Assembly: GCA_951406725.2 (NCBI GenBank)
Contig: OX597831.1
Location: forward strand, 81,964,001-82,028,000
Source: Octopus vulgaris
Lineage: Eukaryota
Reading direction: 5' to 3'
Length of the DNA stretch: 64,000 bases
Shown here: piece after piece, positions 1 through 14,590 of the stretch
Position numbering within the stretch: the first letter of the stretch is position 1
Layout: the number at the start of each line of letters is the position of its first letter
The notes under the pieces: generated by a model
Seen by the model: only the letters and a program-made list of their open reading frames with translations
Databases searched by the model: none
What the model was told of the DNA's origin: nothing
Made by a program: the position numbers and the translations under genes

Positions 1-169
1 AGGAAACGTCGACCTCGGTGACGTAAAGAATCATAAGAAATGCGATTAAGCATTTTGTCAGACGCCCAATCAGCTCTAGCAAAAAAGGGCTTGACATTTT
101 AAAATGTCTGAAACAGAAGATACTTACAAAATCGTAACGAGCCCGTCAATATAAAGAAGCTATAAAGAT

Positions 170-1150
170 TCTTTGAATATATCGATCATGGATACAACAG
201 CCATGAGTAAGTTAGCTCCAATAATATAGTGATAGATCAAACCCATCATGTGTAAATGGCAAAATACAGCAAAAAAGAATTGTAAATATTAAACCTATTT
301 CTATTAGAAGAGGAATATTCCAAAAGGACACCCTCTCTCCACCCGTTTTCTGCTCGAAGCTTATACTAAAATACTGAAATAGAATGAACTTGGTTACACA
401 TGTTAAGAGAATTTGACCTGAACTTATACGCTGCAACTGATAAACAATTAAAAACACTGCTGCAGAAAGTACACGGATTCACTAAGACTGACATAGGTTT
501 CAGTTTATAAAAATGTGCTAAAGAATCTTTGAAAAGACCAAAGTTAATTGAAAATACAAATATCATCATAGAAAAGGAACGGTGATGTGAGAATTGCAAC
601 TATGTACTCATAAATTTACGAGAATCATTTAATGTGACAAACTACAACACAAATAGATGAAAGATAAAGATATAAATATTGTAACCGTATTAGATTATTA
701 CTTAAAATAGAGCTAAATGTCAAAAATACGTTGATATCCATTGATATCCTGGCTGCTCAAATAACAATTTATACCAGTAATTTAATCGAAAGCTGTTTCA
801 CGTGCTTGAATCAATTAGCCTGGTTAACTTTCGTACAAATCAATAAACGTTTTGTTTCTCGATCTCTTTATTGGATGAATATTTTTCGGCGTATATCCGA
901 ACATCCGATGTATCTGCCACTGAAGAGACCTAATCAAATCGAAACATCGTGTCTGTCTATTCACCGAGTTTCAGAGCAAAACCCTGGGTTACTAACACAA
1001 AAATTTCATTGAAAAGTTACCGTTCCATACATATATATGTATACATTATGAATAATATACACACCAACATTTTAAGATATAGTTATAATATTCTCAACCG
1101 TAAGCTAAATGGACTCGCAAGAGTAGACAGGAAAACAAGCAAATAATGAC
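170..1150 (+). mobile_element. Highly degraded reverse-transcriptase fragment of an RLE-type (R4/Dong-like) non-LTR retrotransposon
   Basis: Broken frames give IRRGIFQ(G)D-LSP-like (303-345), DLNLYA (DDLKLY-like, ~416-432) and DIG-F-L-KCAK (~490-522) RT motifs; many stops and frameshifts; boundaries approximate. Confidence 0.6.
916..957 (+). ncRNA. Degenerate minimal hammerhead-like motif
   Basis: GCCA-CTGAAGA-GA..TC-GAAACA-TCG-TGTC-TGTC: core boxes and GUC site present, stems I and II eroded. Confidence 0.35.
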
Positions 1151-2039
1151 TGCATATATACAATATGCCTCTTAGATCTACGAAAAACATATATTACCAC
1201 GATATCGAATACTAGTAGGTCAAACACAACTAGAAAAACTAATATAAAATACCCACAGTAGGATCACAAAAGCCTTTTTAACTGAAATTACTAAACATAA
1301 TGAGGAAGAATAAAATAACGCCAGAAAAGGAACTAGAGAATGATGAAGCGACTATATTTAGGGATCTGTTGCTCCGCACAGACAAGAATGTCAAGTTTCA
1401 TCGATGGGATATTTTTGGGAAAGGACCAGCAGGAAAGAAAATAACTCTAAACTGAAGCCTAGGTCCTAACAGACGATAATTTGTCCCCAAAAGAATTGGA
1501 AAAAAATATTCAGCTATAAAGTTCTCGAAATAAAGACAAACAGAACGTAGGAATTGGTATTGGCTTTAGGGACCAGTTATGAGTGTAGTGTTTAAGCTGA
1601 AGGGACAAGGCTGACACATTTAAGAATATTGTTTTAAAAGGGAGAGACAATGACGCTTCTGGTCAAGACATAATCCATGTTTACGACCCTTTGAAAAAGA
1701 AGAGGAAGGATCAGAGAAGACAGGAGCAATCTAAGGATCGGTCAGAACAAACGAAGAGGGGAATATTAGCCCATGGAAGAAGTCTGAGGACTGGTCTCTT
1801 GGCAATACCAAAAGTTGTTTCGTCTATTTTTGCATTAATCCCTTGCAGAGATGCCTTGCAACCGGTTCCAATGTTTGGCTCATTCATATTCTTTATAAAA
1901 ATCTGCCTGTCTGTCTGTCTGTGAGTCACTCCTGCTTTTATCGTAATTGGTGCCAAAGATATTCTGGGAGGAAACACAAATACCACCCCCCTCGTTACTT
2001 TCCACTGATATGATATCTTTTACAAGTTTTCTGGCATTC

Positions 2040-2077
2040 TGGGTAATGGTAGTGTAGTATCAGATGGTGGTGTACTA

Positions 2078-2138
<61 letters not shown>

Positions 2139-2709
2139 AGTGGTTGTAGTGTTGGTGGTGGTGGTGGTGGTGGTGAGGGTTGTGCAGTTGTGGTGTTGGA
2201 GGTGTAGTGGCAGTGGTAAACACTGGTAGTGTTGATGTCAGTGGTGAGTGGCAGAGACGGTGGCATTAGTGCCAGTATTGGCAGTGGCGGCGGCAGCGGT
2301 GGTGTTGGTGGGGATCTGATGCTGTTGTTGTTGCTGTTGTTGTTGTGGTTGTTAACATTACACAAGTGTTTCATCAGTGAAAGAGAGCATAATGGCTGCG
2401 TTGTAGGGAGGCAACGTGCTGTTGTAGTGATGATGGTGATGATGATGTTGATGGTGATGATGGTGATGGTGGTAGTGATGATGTTGATGATGATGATGAT
2501 GATGATGATGATAATGATGATGATGATGTTGATGATGATGATTATGATGATGATGATGATGATGGTGATGGTGATAATGATGATGATGATGATGATGATG
2601 ATAGTGATGATGATGATGATGATGATGGTGATGATGATGGTGATGATGATGGTGATGATGATGATAGTGATGATGATGATGATGATGATGATGATGGTGA
2701 TGATGATGG

Positions 2710-2762
<53 letters not shown>

Positions 2763-2802
2763 GTGATGATGGTACTAGTTGCAGTGGTGGTGGTGGTGGT
2801 AT
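2040..2802. repeat. Compound trinucleotide microsatellite (TAG)n/(GGT)n/(GAT)n
   Basis: Direct inspection; source of the poly-Y, poly-M and poly-I ORFs. Confidence 0.95.
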
Positions 2803-3004
2803 GACAACCACGAGATAACAATCAACACGCACTCAATATAATGCACACGTCTGTATTGCGTAATACGTGAGTGTGAGTTTTATGTATCTCGCGTTACGTA
2901 AATGTTATGCGATAAAAAACAAAACAAAATGCTTCTTTCTTTATTTCTTACTCTCTCCTTTTCTATCTCTCCCTCAATTCATGTGTATTTGTGTGTGTGT
3001 GTGT

Positions 3005-3226
3005 GTGTATTTATGTGTGTGCGTTTGTATCTGTGTTTGTCACCCTACCATCGTTTGACAACCGATGTTGGTGTGTTTACGTCCCCGTAACTTGTCGATT
3101 CAGCAAAAACAGACCGATAGAATAAGTACTAGGCTTACAAAGAATTAGTCCTGGGATCAATTTGTTTCACTAAAGGCAATGCTCCAGCATGGCCGCAGTG
3201 AAATGACTGAAACAAATAAAAGAATA
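3005..3226 (+). mobile_element. SINE family A, 3' half
   Basis: Matches the 3' part of the full copy at 30686-31095 (GACAACCGATG...CCAGCATGGCCGCAGT...). Confidence 0.85.
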
Positions 3227-3294
3227 TATATATATGCTTGCTTATGAGAACGCGAGTATGTGTATAGACAAACATAGATACATACATGTATGTA

Positions 3295-3365
3295 TGTAGA
3301 CAGACAGACAGACGGATAGATAGACAGACAGACAGACAGACATACGGACAGATAGATAGACAGAC

Positions 3366-3428
<63 letters not shown>

Positions 3429-3446
3429 ATAGATAGATAGATAGAT

Positions 3447-3503
<57 letters not shown>

Positions 3504-3533
3504 AAAAATAGATAGATAGATAGATAGATAGAT
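3295..3533. repeat. (GATA)n/(GACA)n microsatellite
   Basis: Direct inspection. Confidence 0.95.
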
Positions 3534-3855
3534 GTAAATATGTGCGTGTCTATCTATCAACCCATTTATTCAGTTATCTGTATAGATTGAAATAAATTTA
3601 TATACACACCCATACACTCACGTATATATACTGTATGTATACATATGTATATACATATATCCAGAAGTATATGTGTGTGTGTGCGTGTGTGTGACTGCCC
3701 TACCCGCTTTGCCATCCGAGTTATCTCTACCAACCCTCCATCCCTGTTCCCTTGCCAACATCTTCTTCGCCATATACAGTCATCCTCTCACATCTCACAT
3801 CTACCTTTATGCAAACACCACCACCATCACCACCGACACCTCCCTTCCATCTAGA

Positions 3856-4004
3856 TCTTCTTGTTCTTGTTCTTCTTGTTCTTCTTGTTCTTCTTGTTCT
3901 TCTTCTTCTTCTTCTCCCCTCTTTCATCATCATCATCATCATCTTCTTCTTCTTCTTCTTCTTCTTCTTCTTCTTCTTCTCCTCCCCCTCCTCCTCCTCC
4001 CTCC

Positions 4005-4038
<34 letters not shown>

Positions 4039-4212
4039 CCATCACCACCACTATCATCATCATCATCATCATCATCATCATCTTTTTCTTCTTCTTCTTC
4101 TTCTCTTCTTCTTCTTCTTCTTCTTCTTCTTTTTCTCCTCCTCCTTCTTCTTCTTCTTCTTTTTCTCCTCCTCCTCCTTCTCTTCCTTCGTCTTCGTCGT
4201 CGTCGTCGTGGT
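3856..4212. repeat. (TTC)n/(CAT)n/(CCT)n compound microsatellite
   Basis: Direct inspection. Confidence 0.95.
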
Positions 4213-4694
4213 GTTCGTATGTACCAATATATATATAAATAGAACGTTTATATATACATACATATATGTATGCGAGTGTATATCTGCTATACACTCACAT
4301 GTTTCTCCACGTAATATAAACACACCTACATTATACCATGCAATGTGTGTGTGTGTGTGTGTGTTCCTTTTTAATTTCTGTAACTTATGATATTTATTCG
4401 CGCATCTTTTCGCGTTGTCTTGGCAATATATTTCCAGTTCTTTCGTTCCATTTACCATCTTTACAAATTTTCTGATGGTACCATTCTTACCATTCTTAAC
4501 GGCATCACTGGCACCAAACAAACAAACACTCAACCGACCTTATCTCTGTTTCTTTATCTGTTTCCCTACCCCACCCCTATCGCTCACACACACACACACA
4601 CACACACACCTATACACACATAAATTTGGGTATGTCATTATACATACATATTAACGTAAATGTATGCTTCTGTGCGTATGTGTCAACGTGTTTA

Positions 4695-6093
4695 TATACA
4701 TACATACATGCATACATACATACAATACATACATACATACATACATACATACATACATACATACACACATACATACATACATACATACATACATACATAC
4801 ATACATACATACAATACATACATACATACATACATACATACATACATACATACATACACACACACATACATACATACATACATACATACATACATACATA
4901 CAATACATACATACATACATACATACATACATACAATACATACATACATACATACATACATACAATACATACATACATACATACATACATACATACAATA
5001 CATACAATACATACATACATACATACATACATACAATATATACATACAATATATACATACATACATACATACAATACATACATACATACATACATACATA
5101 CAATACATACATACATACATACATACATACAATACATACATACATACATACATACATACAATACATACAATACATACATACATACATACATACATACAAT
5201 ATATACATACAATATATACATACATACATACATACATACATACAATACATACATACATACATACATACATACATACAATACATACATACATACATACATA
5301 CATACAATACATACATACATACATACATACAATACATACATACATACATACATACATACAATACATACATACATACATACAATACATACATACATACATA
5401 CATACACACACACATACATACATACATACATACATACATACAATACATACATACATACATACATACATACATACATACATACATACATACATACATACAT
5501 ACATACATACATACATACATACATACATACATACATACATACATACATACATACATACATACATACAATACATACATACATACATACATACATACATACA
5601 ATACATACATACATACATACATACATACATACATACATACATACATACATACATACATACATACATACATACATACATACATACATACAATACATACATA
5701 CATACATACATACATACATACATACATACATACATACATACATACATACATACATACATACAATACATACATACATACATACATACAATACATACATACA
5801 TACATACATACAATACATACACACATACATACATACATACATACATACATACATACATACATACATACATACATACATACATACATACATACATACATAC
5901 ATACATACATACATACATACATACATACATACATACATACATACATACATACATACAATACATACATACATACAATACATACATACATACATACATACAT
6001 ACATACATACATACATACATACATACATACATACATACAATACATACATACATACATACATACAATACATACATACATACATACATACATACA

Positions 6094-6127
<34 letters not shown>

Positions 6128-6150
6128 CACACATACATGCATACATACAC
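4695..6150. repeat. ~1.45-kb (TACA)n microsatellite
   Basis: Direct inspection; recurrent TACAA variant units. Confidence 0.97.
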
Positions 6151-6240
6151 ATTTACATGCGTATTTCTTTTTATCTAATTTTTCTCCCCTTTCTTTCTCT
6201 TTTCCTGTGCATATATGTGTGTGTACATACATGCGCGCGG

Positions 6241-6276
<36 letters not shown>

Positions 6277-6569
6277 CCTGCTCGAACTCACGACCCAGGG
6301 ATTGTGAGCCGAATACCCTAAACACTAAACCACGATACATTTTTTTTAATTATAAAAGTTGCAAAAACATCCCTAAAAACTGGTTCGTTCATCGGGGGGC
6401 AATTGCGATCAAGAATCACAACTGCCCCCCGATGAACGGGAACGGGAAACTGAGCGGTAGCTTTTTTTTTTTTTGTGATGTTTTTGCAGCTTTAATAACA
6501 AAAAAAAATCATTCTACTCTTCTTTTTTCCACCTTGTTTTGCATTCTTCTGCTTACTCGTGTATGTGTA

Positions 6570-6670
<101 letters not shown>

Positions 6671-6787
6671 GTGTGTATTCCCGGCGGCACCCTGTGTCAT
6701 TGAGCAAGACACTTTATTTCACATTACCCTAGTTCACTCAGCTGGCAAAAAATGAGTTTGTACCTAAATATCGAAGGGCCAGCTGCG

Positions 6788-6875
6788 ACACTTGCCCAAG
6801 GTGCCGCGCAGTGGGACTGAACCCGGAACCATGTGGTTGGTAAGCAAGCTACTTACCACAGCCACTCCTACGCCT
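6788..6875 (-). mobile_element. SINE family A, tRNA-like head
   Basis: Reverse complement AGGCGTAGGAGTGGCTGTGGTAAG...GGTTCAGTCCC with A/B-box-like elements; near-identical to ~31010-31095. Confidence 0.85.
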
Positions 6876-7039
6876 TTATTTAATATATCTTTTGGAAGAG
6901 ACCACGATCACGGGAACTATGTATCTTGATATTCTTGAACGATTCCTTGTGTCTCAGTTTCCTACAGATGGTATTCTTGACACAGTACATATTTAAAAGG
7001 CTGGTGCACCGTACCATTATGCAAAGATTGTACGAAATT

Positions 7040-7374
7040 ATCATGGCAAGCGCTTCCCTCGTCGTTGGATTGGTCATGGGGGTAAGACATCTATGGGCAG
7101 CACGCTCACCTGATTTAACACCATTTGATTCTTTCGCTTAGGGATTCATTAAGTTTATGGTGAATACCAGAAGAAGAATTAAAGATGTAGCAGAGTTTGG
7201 GAATTTTATTACTGATGCAGTTGAAGACATAACAGCATGCAAAGTGTGTTCCAGGAAGCAATTTATCACTTTGAATTCTGCAGAGGCACCGGGGCCATGT
7301 GCAGAACGGACTCTTTGCCGCATATTTTTTTAAATGAATATATTATTCAAATTTAAGTCAGCTTTTGAAATACC

Positions 7375-7377
<3 letters not shown>
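7040..7377 (+). mobile_element. Tc1/mariner-superfamily (Tc3-like) transposon 3' remnant
   Basis: WAARSPDLTPFDSF resembles WPARSPDLTPLDFF; ends TTTGAAATACCCTG followed by TA. Confidence 0.7.
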
Positions 7378-7419
<42 letters not shown>

Positions 7420-7485
7420 TGCATGTATGTATGTATGTATGTATGTATGTATGTATGTATGTATGTATGTATGTATACACACACT

Positions 7486-7521
<36 letters not shown>

Positions 7522-7522
<1 letters not shown>

Positions 7523-8793
7523 CAGGTCATCCCATAAGTTCTGTACGATTTTACCTTTTTCAAAATTGAATGAAATTTAATAGTATTTTAGAAAGTCTAA
7601 TGGAATTAAAAATTATTTTTATGCATTTGTGTACATTTAAACTAATTAAATATTATTTTTCAGAATAATAGAGTTAAAATTTCTTTGATTAAAACCCTTT
7701 CTAACATGGAAGTATCCAAAGAGCATTTAAGACACATAATGCTTTATGAGTACAAAAAAGGAAACTCTGCAGCCGAAGCGACTCGAAACATACACTCAGT
7801 TTATGGGAAAGAATGCTTGAATGAAAGAACTTGCAGCAGATGGTTTGCAAAATTCAGAAGTGGAGATCTCAGCCTTAAAGATGAAGATTAAATAGGACGT
7901 CTAGTTGAGTTTGATGATAAGCTCCTTGAGGCATTGCTTGAAGAAAAATCCTGCATTATTAGTTGAAGAATTGGCAATAAAGCTTAGTTCAAACCATACA
8001 ACTGTTCATCGTCATCTTCAACAACTTAGAAAGTTTCCTAAAGTTGGAAAATAGGTGCCTCATGAATTGTCTGAAAGCAACCGCAAGTACCGAGTTGATA
8101 TCTGCTCTTCTCTCCATTCTCGCGAACTCATTTCACCTTTTTTGGATAGACTTGACGAAAATGGATCTTCTATCGAAATGTTAAACGTCGTAAATAGTGG
8201 CTTGGTAAAAGGGAAAAAGCTCAACCACAACCGAGAAGGGAACTTCATGGGAAAAAGGTTCTTTTCTCTATCTGGTGGGATTGCAGAGGAATAATTCACT
8301 TTGAATTGTTACCACCTAACGCAACAATCAATGCTCAAGTCTATTGTCAGCAATTAGAGTGTTTGAACCAAACTTTGAAGAAGAAAAGACCCGCTTCGGT
8401 GAATCGAAAAGGAGTGATATTTCATCAGAGCAATGCGCGACCCCACACTGCAAAGTTCACATCACAGAAGATCAAAAAGCTTGGTTGGGAAAAAATTCCT
8501 CATTCACCTTATTCTCCCGACCTTGCTCCTTCAGACTACCATTTGTTTTGTAGTTCACAGAATCATTCGGGGAACATAACTTTCGCAAGGAGGTCGAAAC
8601 TGACATTTCAGAGTTCTTCGCTTTGAAACCAAAAGAGTTTTACATTGATGGGATTAAAAAGCTTGTAAATAGACGGAAGGAAGTCATAGATAATCAGGGA
8701 ACGTACATTGATGATTAAATTTCAATTAAATATAACATTTGATCACTTGTTTCCGTTATTCAAATTTCGGACAGAACTTATGAGATAACCTGA
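7522..8793 (+). mobile_element. Full-length but inactive mariner transposon
   Basis: Imperfect ~27-bp TIRs (CAGGTCATCCCATAAGTTCTGTACGA / TCGGACAGAACTTATGAGATAACCTG) set in (TA)n; transposase remnants inside. Confidence 0.95.
7706..8718 (+). pseudogene. Mariner (Mos1/Hsmar-like) transposase pseudogene
   Basis: HTH region EHLRHIMLYEYKKG...RWFAKFRSG, VPHEL, HQSNARPH (catalytic D lost), YSPDLAPSDY; several stops and frameshifts. Confidence 0.93.
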
Positions 8794-9149
8794 TATATAT
8801 ATATATATATATATATATCATAATACAATTATACACTATACTAATTATATTTTATTTTATATTATTTTTTCAAACTCAAAGCGCGACTAATGTGTTGCCA
8901 GGGTGCTATTCGAGAGATTTGGCTGTTATTTTTAGCAAACAGATTACTTTCACTGTCATCCTATACATTTTTCTCGATGGAATCATTCACATTTATTCTT
9001 GTTTTTATTTTTGTTTAAATTTTCTTTTTTCCCAGTTTTCTTTTTCTTTCGTAACTTTCCTAATTAACAATATATAATCACTTAATTATAGGGAATATGA
9101 GAACACAATGATTACCACAACGGGTGTCTATTGGCTCAGAGAGAGAACA

Positions 9150-9480
9150 TCGTGGTGATGATGATGATGGTGATGATGATCGTGATGTCGGTTATGGTTA
9201 TGATCATGACGATGATGATGATCATGATCATGATGATGGTGACGGTGGCGGCGGTGGTTATGGTTGTGGTGGTGGCAGTGGGTGTGGTGGGTGGTGATAG
9301 TGTCGATGGTGGTGGCAGCGGCGGCAATGTCGGCGAAGGCACCGGTGGCAGCAGTGACAGTGACTCTGATGGGGGCGGGGTCTGCCGTCGTCGTCATAGC
9401 AGTGATTGTGGTGATGGTGGCGGTGGTGGTGGTAGCGGCGGTGGCGGTGGCGGCGGTGGCGGCGGTGGTGGCGATATGAT
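9150..9480. repeat. Degenerate (GAT)n/(GGT)n/(GGC)n repeat
   Basis: Direct inspection. Confidence 0.85.
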
Positions 9481-9947
9481 CCGCTGCAATGGTAGAAATG
9501 ACGCTAGCTTTACCTAACAATGTATATCTAATTCTTTATTTAGTTTTAGCCTTCGAGATTCCGGGTTCAAATCTTACAAGCGTTCACTTTACATTATATT
9601 TCCCCTGGGTCAAAAGAAAAGAAAAACAAAACAAACAAAAAAAGATCTTATCGGTGTGCTATTGTCTAGTCCCGAGTTACTCCTGATCAAAGATATTCCA
9701 GCCGTGACCATCCCGACTTTTTTCTATATTCAAAATTCTAACAATCACTGTGTCTTCGAAGGTGTCAGAATGTAACCTGAGGGAGATTTAGCTGCCTCTT
9801 CTTGTTGGTCTAGCCTCACGTGGAGTAGCTCTATAGTCAACCACATTGAGTACCAGTCATACACCACGATCCATTCAATCGATTCCACTCTTTTCTATAT
9901 CTGTGTCGGGTTTTGTGCGAATGAAACGCAAAATCAACAGAGACCAA

Positions 9948-10172
9948 AGACGGCGAGCTGGCAGAATCGATAGCACGCCGGACGAAATGTTTAGCAGCAT
10001 TTCGTTCGTCTTTACGTTCTGAGTTCGAATAGAGCCGAGGTCAACTTTGCCCTTCATTCTTTCGGAGTCGATAAAATAGGCACCAGTTGAGCACTGGGAT
10101 CAATATAATCGATTTACTCCCCACCCCACCCATCCGAAATTGCTGGCCTTGTGCCAAAATTTGGAACCAATG
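9948..10172 (+). mobile_element. SINE family B (Nin-domain-like core)
   Basis: GGCGAGCTGGCAGAA head and GCCGAGGTCAACTTTGCC...GTCGATAAA core shared with many copies in the window. Confidence 0.85.
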
Positions 10173-10580
10173 TTACTTAGAGCCATGGGTAAGCTAGCGT
10201 TGATCACAGATTTGCAAATTGCTTTCGGTTCTCGCCTGTAAACAATTTCATTTCACTTATACTCTGTCGACACATGTCGTTCAATGAAAAGCATGTTCTG
10301 TTATGGCTGCCCACGTTATACATCTGAGGACATGAGTCTAAAGAGGTGAATACCATACTGTTGTACCAGTCGACCGTTTCCCCTTTGATTCTGATTCATT
10401 TTCTCATTATCTATCTATCTATCTATCTTTCTCTCCTTTTACGATCCCTTTTGATCGACCCCCCCTTTTTTTTTTTGTTTTTACCTTCAAAAGAAAAGCT
10501 CTACCTTGTAATTTGTTCTATCTGTGTGCAGCCCTGTGTGGCTAATAAAGAAACATATCTATCTATCTATCTATCTATCA

Positions 10581-10651
<71 letters not shown>

Positions 10652-10673
10652 GATCTATCTATCTATCTATCTA

Positions 10674-10710
<37 letters not shown>

Positions 10711-11821
10711 GTCTGTCTGTCTATCTGTCTGTCTGTCTATCTATTACACTTTGTTTCTTCCACTTCTCTATCTTTTCTGCGATTGCTGTGTCTACACCCT
10801 GTAAACTTAAAAGAACAGAGTTTGCAAAGTTAACCCATCTGCAAATTTGTTGTGTATGGGTGATTGTTTGTTTTTATGTCATCTTCTGTTATGTTTGTTT
10901 TTGATTGGATGTATTCCATCAAATTTGTGTTTTTGGTGTCTATAGCTGTGAGCATGTTTGCTGTATATATTTTTGTGGTGTTGGTGTGGCTGTTGTTTGT
11001 GTTGGGTTTTGAAATGTCTTCGGGAGATGTATTTCCCCCTGCTTTGTTCGTGTTTGCATTTGGTTTGGTTGTGTTTCTGCTCTTTATATTCCTACTTTGT
11101 AGCTATTTGCCATTCCTCACTGGTTTCGTCTTCCGACGAAATTTCTGAGGAATCAGAGCTGTGGACCTTCGTCATCGCGTGTGGGACAGGCCCACTAATC
11201 AGCCGAGTCTATCGTGAATATTGTTCCGCCACCTTCCTTTAAACGGGAAGGAAAAACGTTTTTCGTAACACTGATAGCTATGGCGAAAGAATGCGTGTGG
11301 TGGACGTGTTTGGAAGGCCTACAAACAAACACTTTCCTCTCTGGTCAGTCTCTCGTCAACTTTTTCAAGTAACACTTGAAAAGGAGGGTGAGAATAGAGA
11401 GGAAAATATTGTCGAATGAAAGTTTCAATAAAAAATGGGTTAATGTGGCAAGAATGGTCAGTATGAAAGACGACAACATTTTAAGCATAAATCTATAACA
11501 AAAGGAGAAAACGAGAGGAAAGTTTCTTACTCTTATGGACATTTTGAACTGCCTGAGGTCTTTTTTTTTTAGGGGTTTTTCTTTCCAAGGCTACACCTAA
11601 ACTGTAAACAATATCGTTTCCCCGCCACTTTTTTTTGGAACTTTATATATATATGTCTTTCCTTTTTTGTATATAACACAGCTCAACGATCCCTATTGAA
11701 CGGACTTTTCTTTTATGTGTCCCACCCATCCCACCTCGAAAAGAAAACTCTACATTGTATTTCGTCTATTTTCTGTGTTTAGCCCTGTGTGGCCATAATA
11801 AAAACATTATCTATCTATCTA

Positions 11822-11864
<43 letters not shown>

Positions 11865-12161
11865 CATTCAGTTTATACAAATATACATATATGTGTGTCT
11901 GTATATACATACATATATATATATATATATATATGTATAGAAATTAAATATAAATTATAAATTACAAAGTGGGACAAGAACGCAAAAACACACAAAGAGA
12001 CGACACAAAAAAACAGACTGGTCACTCGAAGCCTCTAATCTTCAGTCGGGAACCGGATCATCTTAGCAATTTCGGCTGATTAATCTCGATATCGCTCTGA
12101 TCCGGCCAGCCCGAAAGAAAAACTAAGCCATGGGCATTAGATTTCTTGGAAAGAGGATCGA

Positions 12162-12273
<112 letters not shown>

Positions 12274-13327
12274 TGTGTGTAAGTGTGTCGCGCTAAGAAG
12301 AAATAAGCCCATGTTCTCGAGGCTACGTCTGAATAACCAGACTATAAAGAAAAACACAAATTGTAATTCGTAAGAAGAAACAGCGAAGCGGATAATGACT
12401 GCCTTCATTATAGAAGCAGGGATGGACATGTTTTGCCAGTTTTGTAATATTAAATATTTTAACACAGAAGAGCCACGTTATGGCTGCCCTTCACCCAAAT
12501 GTGACGAGTGTTTCAACAATTTGTGGCAATAATTTTTTATTTAATGTCTCCCTTGCGTCACTCAAAATACACACCATCTTCACCGAAAACCTTAAGCCCT
12601 GCAACTGTTCCTTGCCAAGATTTGAAGGGCAGCAGGAAGAGGATCTTCGTATTTCAGTATGTACAATCAAATACATCGCATGACCTCAAGTCTGCGACAA
12701 ATCCATGGTCGTTAAAGACCATTGCCATGATGTTAGGGGAGGAACTGTAACGACTGGGTTGGCAAAGGGTCACTTCCAGCAATGATTATAGATTTATTTT
12801 ACGGTTGAATTCAGTGAAATTAGTTTAAACAAATATAAATACATTCGCTGTTATTATTGACGGAACAGATATTATAAGATTTAGATTTAGATCGCCAAGT
12901 ATCGATGGCGCTCCTGAAGGTGAAATGTTGCCGCGAATATAGATATGTAAATATGTCTGTAACTTTGCATGCATATGCCCGTGTATATGTAAATATGTAC
13001 ATATGTATGTGTGTAGTCGTGGATGTAGGAATTGTATATGTGCGCACATGCCTGCGTATGTGGGTGTGTATGTGTGTATATGTATGTATATATGTATGTA
13101 TGTATGAATGTACGTACGTATGTAAGTGCATGTGTATCAGGTGTCGGTTGGGAAACTCTAGAAGGGTGACATCAGGTGAAACGCTAGACGTATCTAAACA
13201 CATTCCATGAACACTTATGGTTATACTAGAACTAACAGCCTGTGGAGCTCTTATCAAACGCGCCTCTTCTCAACACGCTTCTCGTTGCCTTGGGACCCCA
13301 TTTGTCTGCCTGTCTGTCTGTCTCCCC

Positions 13328-13366
<39 letters not shown>

Positions 13367-13456
13367 CTATCTTTCCCCTTGCATTTCGTTTTCATCTGCG
13401 ACCCTGCATTTTTCAACAGGCAGCATTTTTAACCCACCACTCGAATGGAATATGTA

Positions 13457-13505
<49 letters not shown>

Positions 13506-13663
13506 ATGTATTATATGCATATAGATGTATGTATGTATATATGTGTAATACATATACATGTATGTACGTATATATATATATATATATGTATGTATGTACG
13601 TATATAAATATATATGTATGTACATATATGTATTTATATATATATATGTATATATATACATAC

Positions 13664-13719
<56 letters not shown>

Positions 13720-13794
13720 ATGCACGCATGTATATAGTTATGTATTTACAGATACATATTCACAAATATGTAGAGATGTATCATTTACGCTCAT

Positions 13795-13807
13795 ATGTAT
13801 ACACACA

Positions 13808-13841
<34 letters not shown>

Positions 13842-14374
13842 CACATACATACATACATACATACATACATACATACACACATACACACATACATACATAC
13901 ATACATACATACATACATACATACATACATACACACACATACATACATACATACATACATATATACATACATACATACATACATACATACATACATACAT
14001 ACATACACACATACACACATACATACATACATACATACATACATACATACATACATACATACATACATACATACATACACACACACATACATACATACAT
14101 ACATACATATACATACATACATACATACATACATACATACATACATACAATACATACATGCAGACATACATATATACATACATACATACATGCATACATA
14201 CATACATACATATATACATACATACATACACACACACACATACATACATACATACATACATACATACATACATGCAGACATACATTCATACATACATACA
14301 TACACACACATACATACATGCATACGTACATACATACATACAATACATACATGCAGACATACATATATACATAC

Positions 14375-14407
<33 letters not shown>

Positions 14408-14453
14408 CATACATACATACATACATACAATACATACATGCAGACATACATAT

Positions 14454-14484
<31 letters not shown>

Positions 14485-14555
14485 TACGTACATACATACA
14501 TATATACATACATACATACATACATACATACATACATACACATACATACATACAT

Positions 14556-14590
<35 letters not shown>

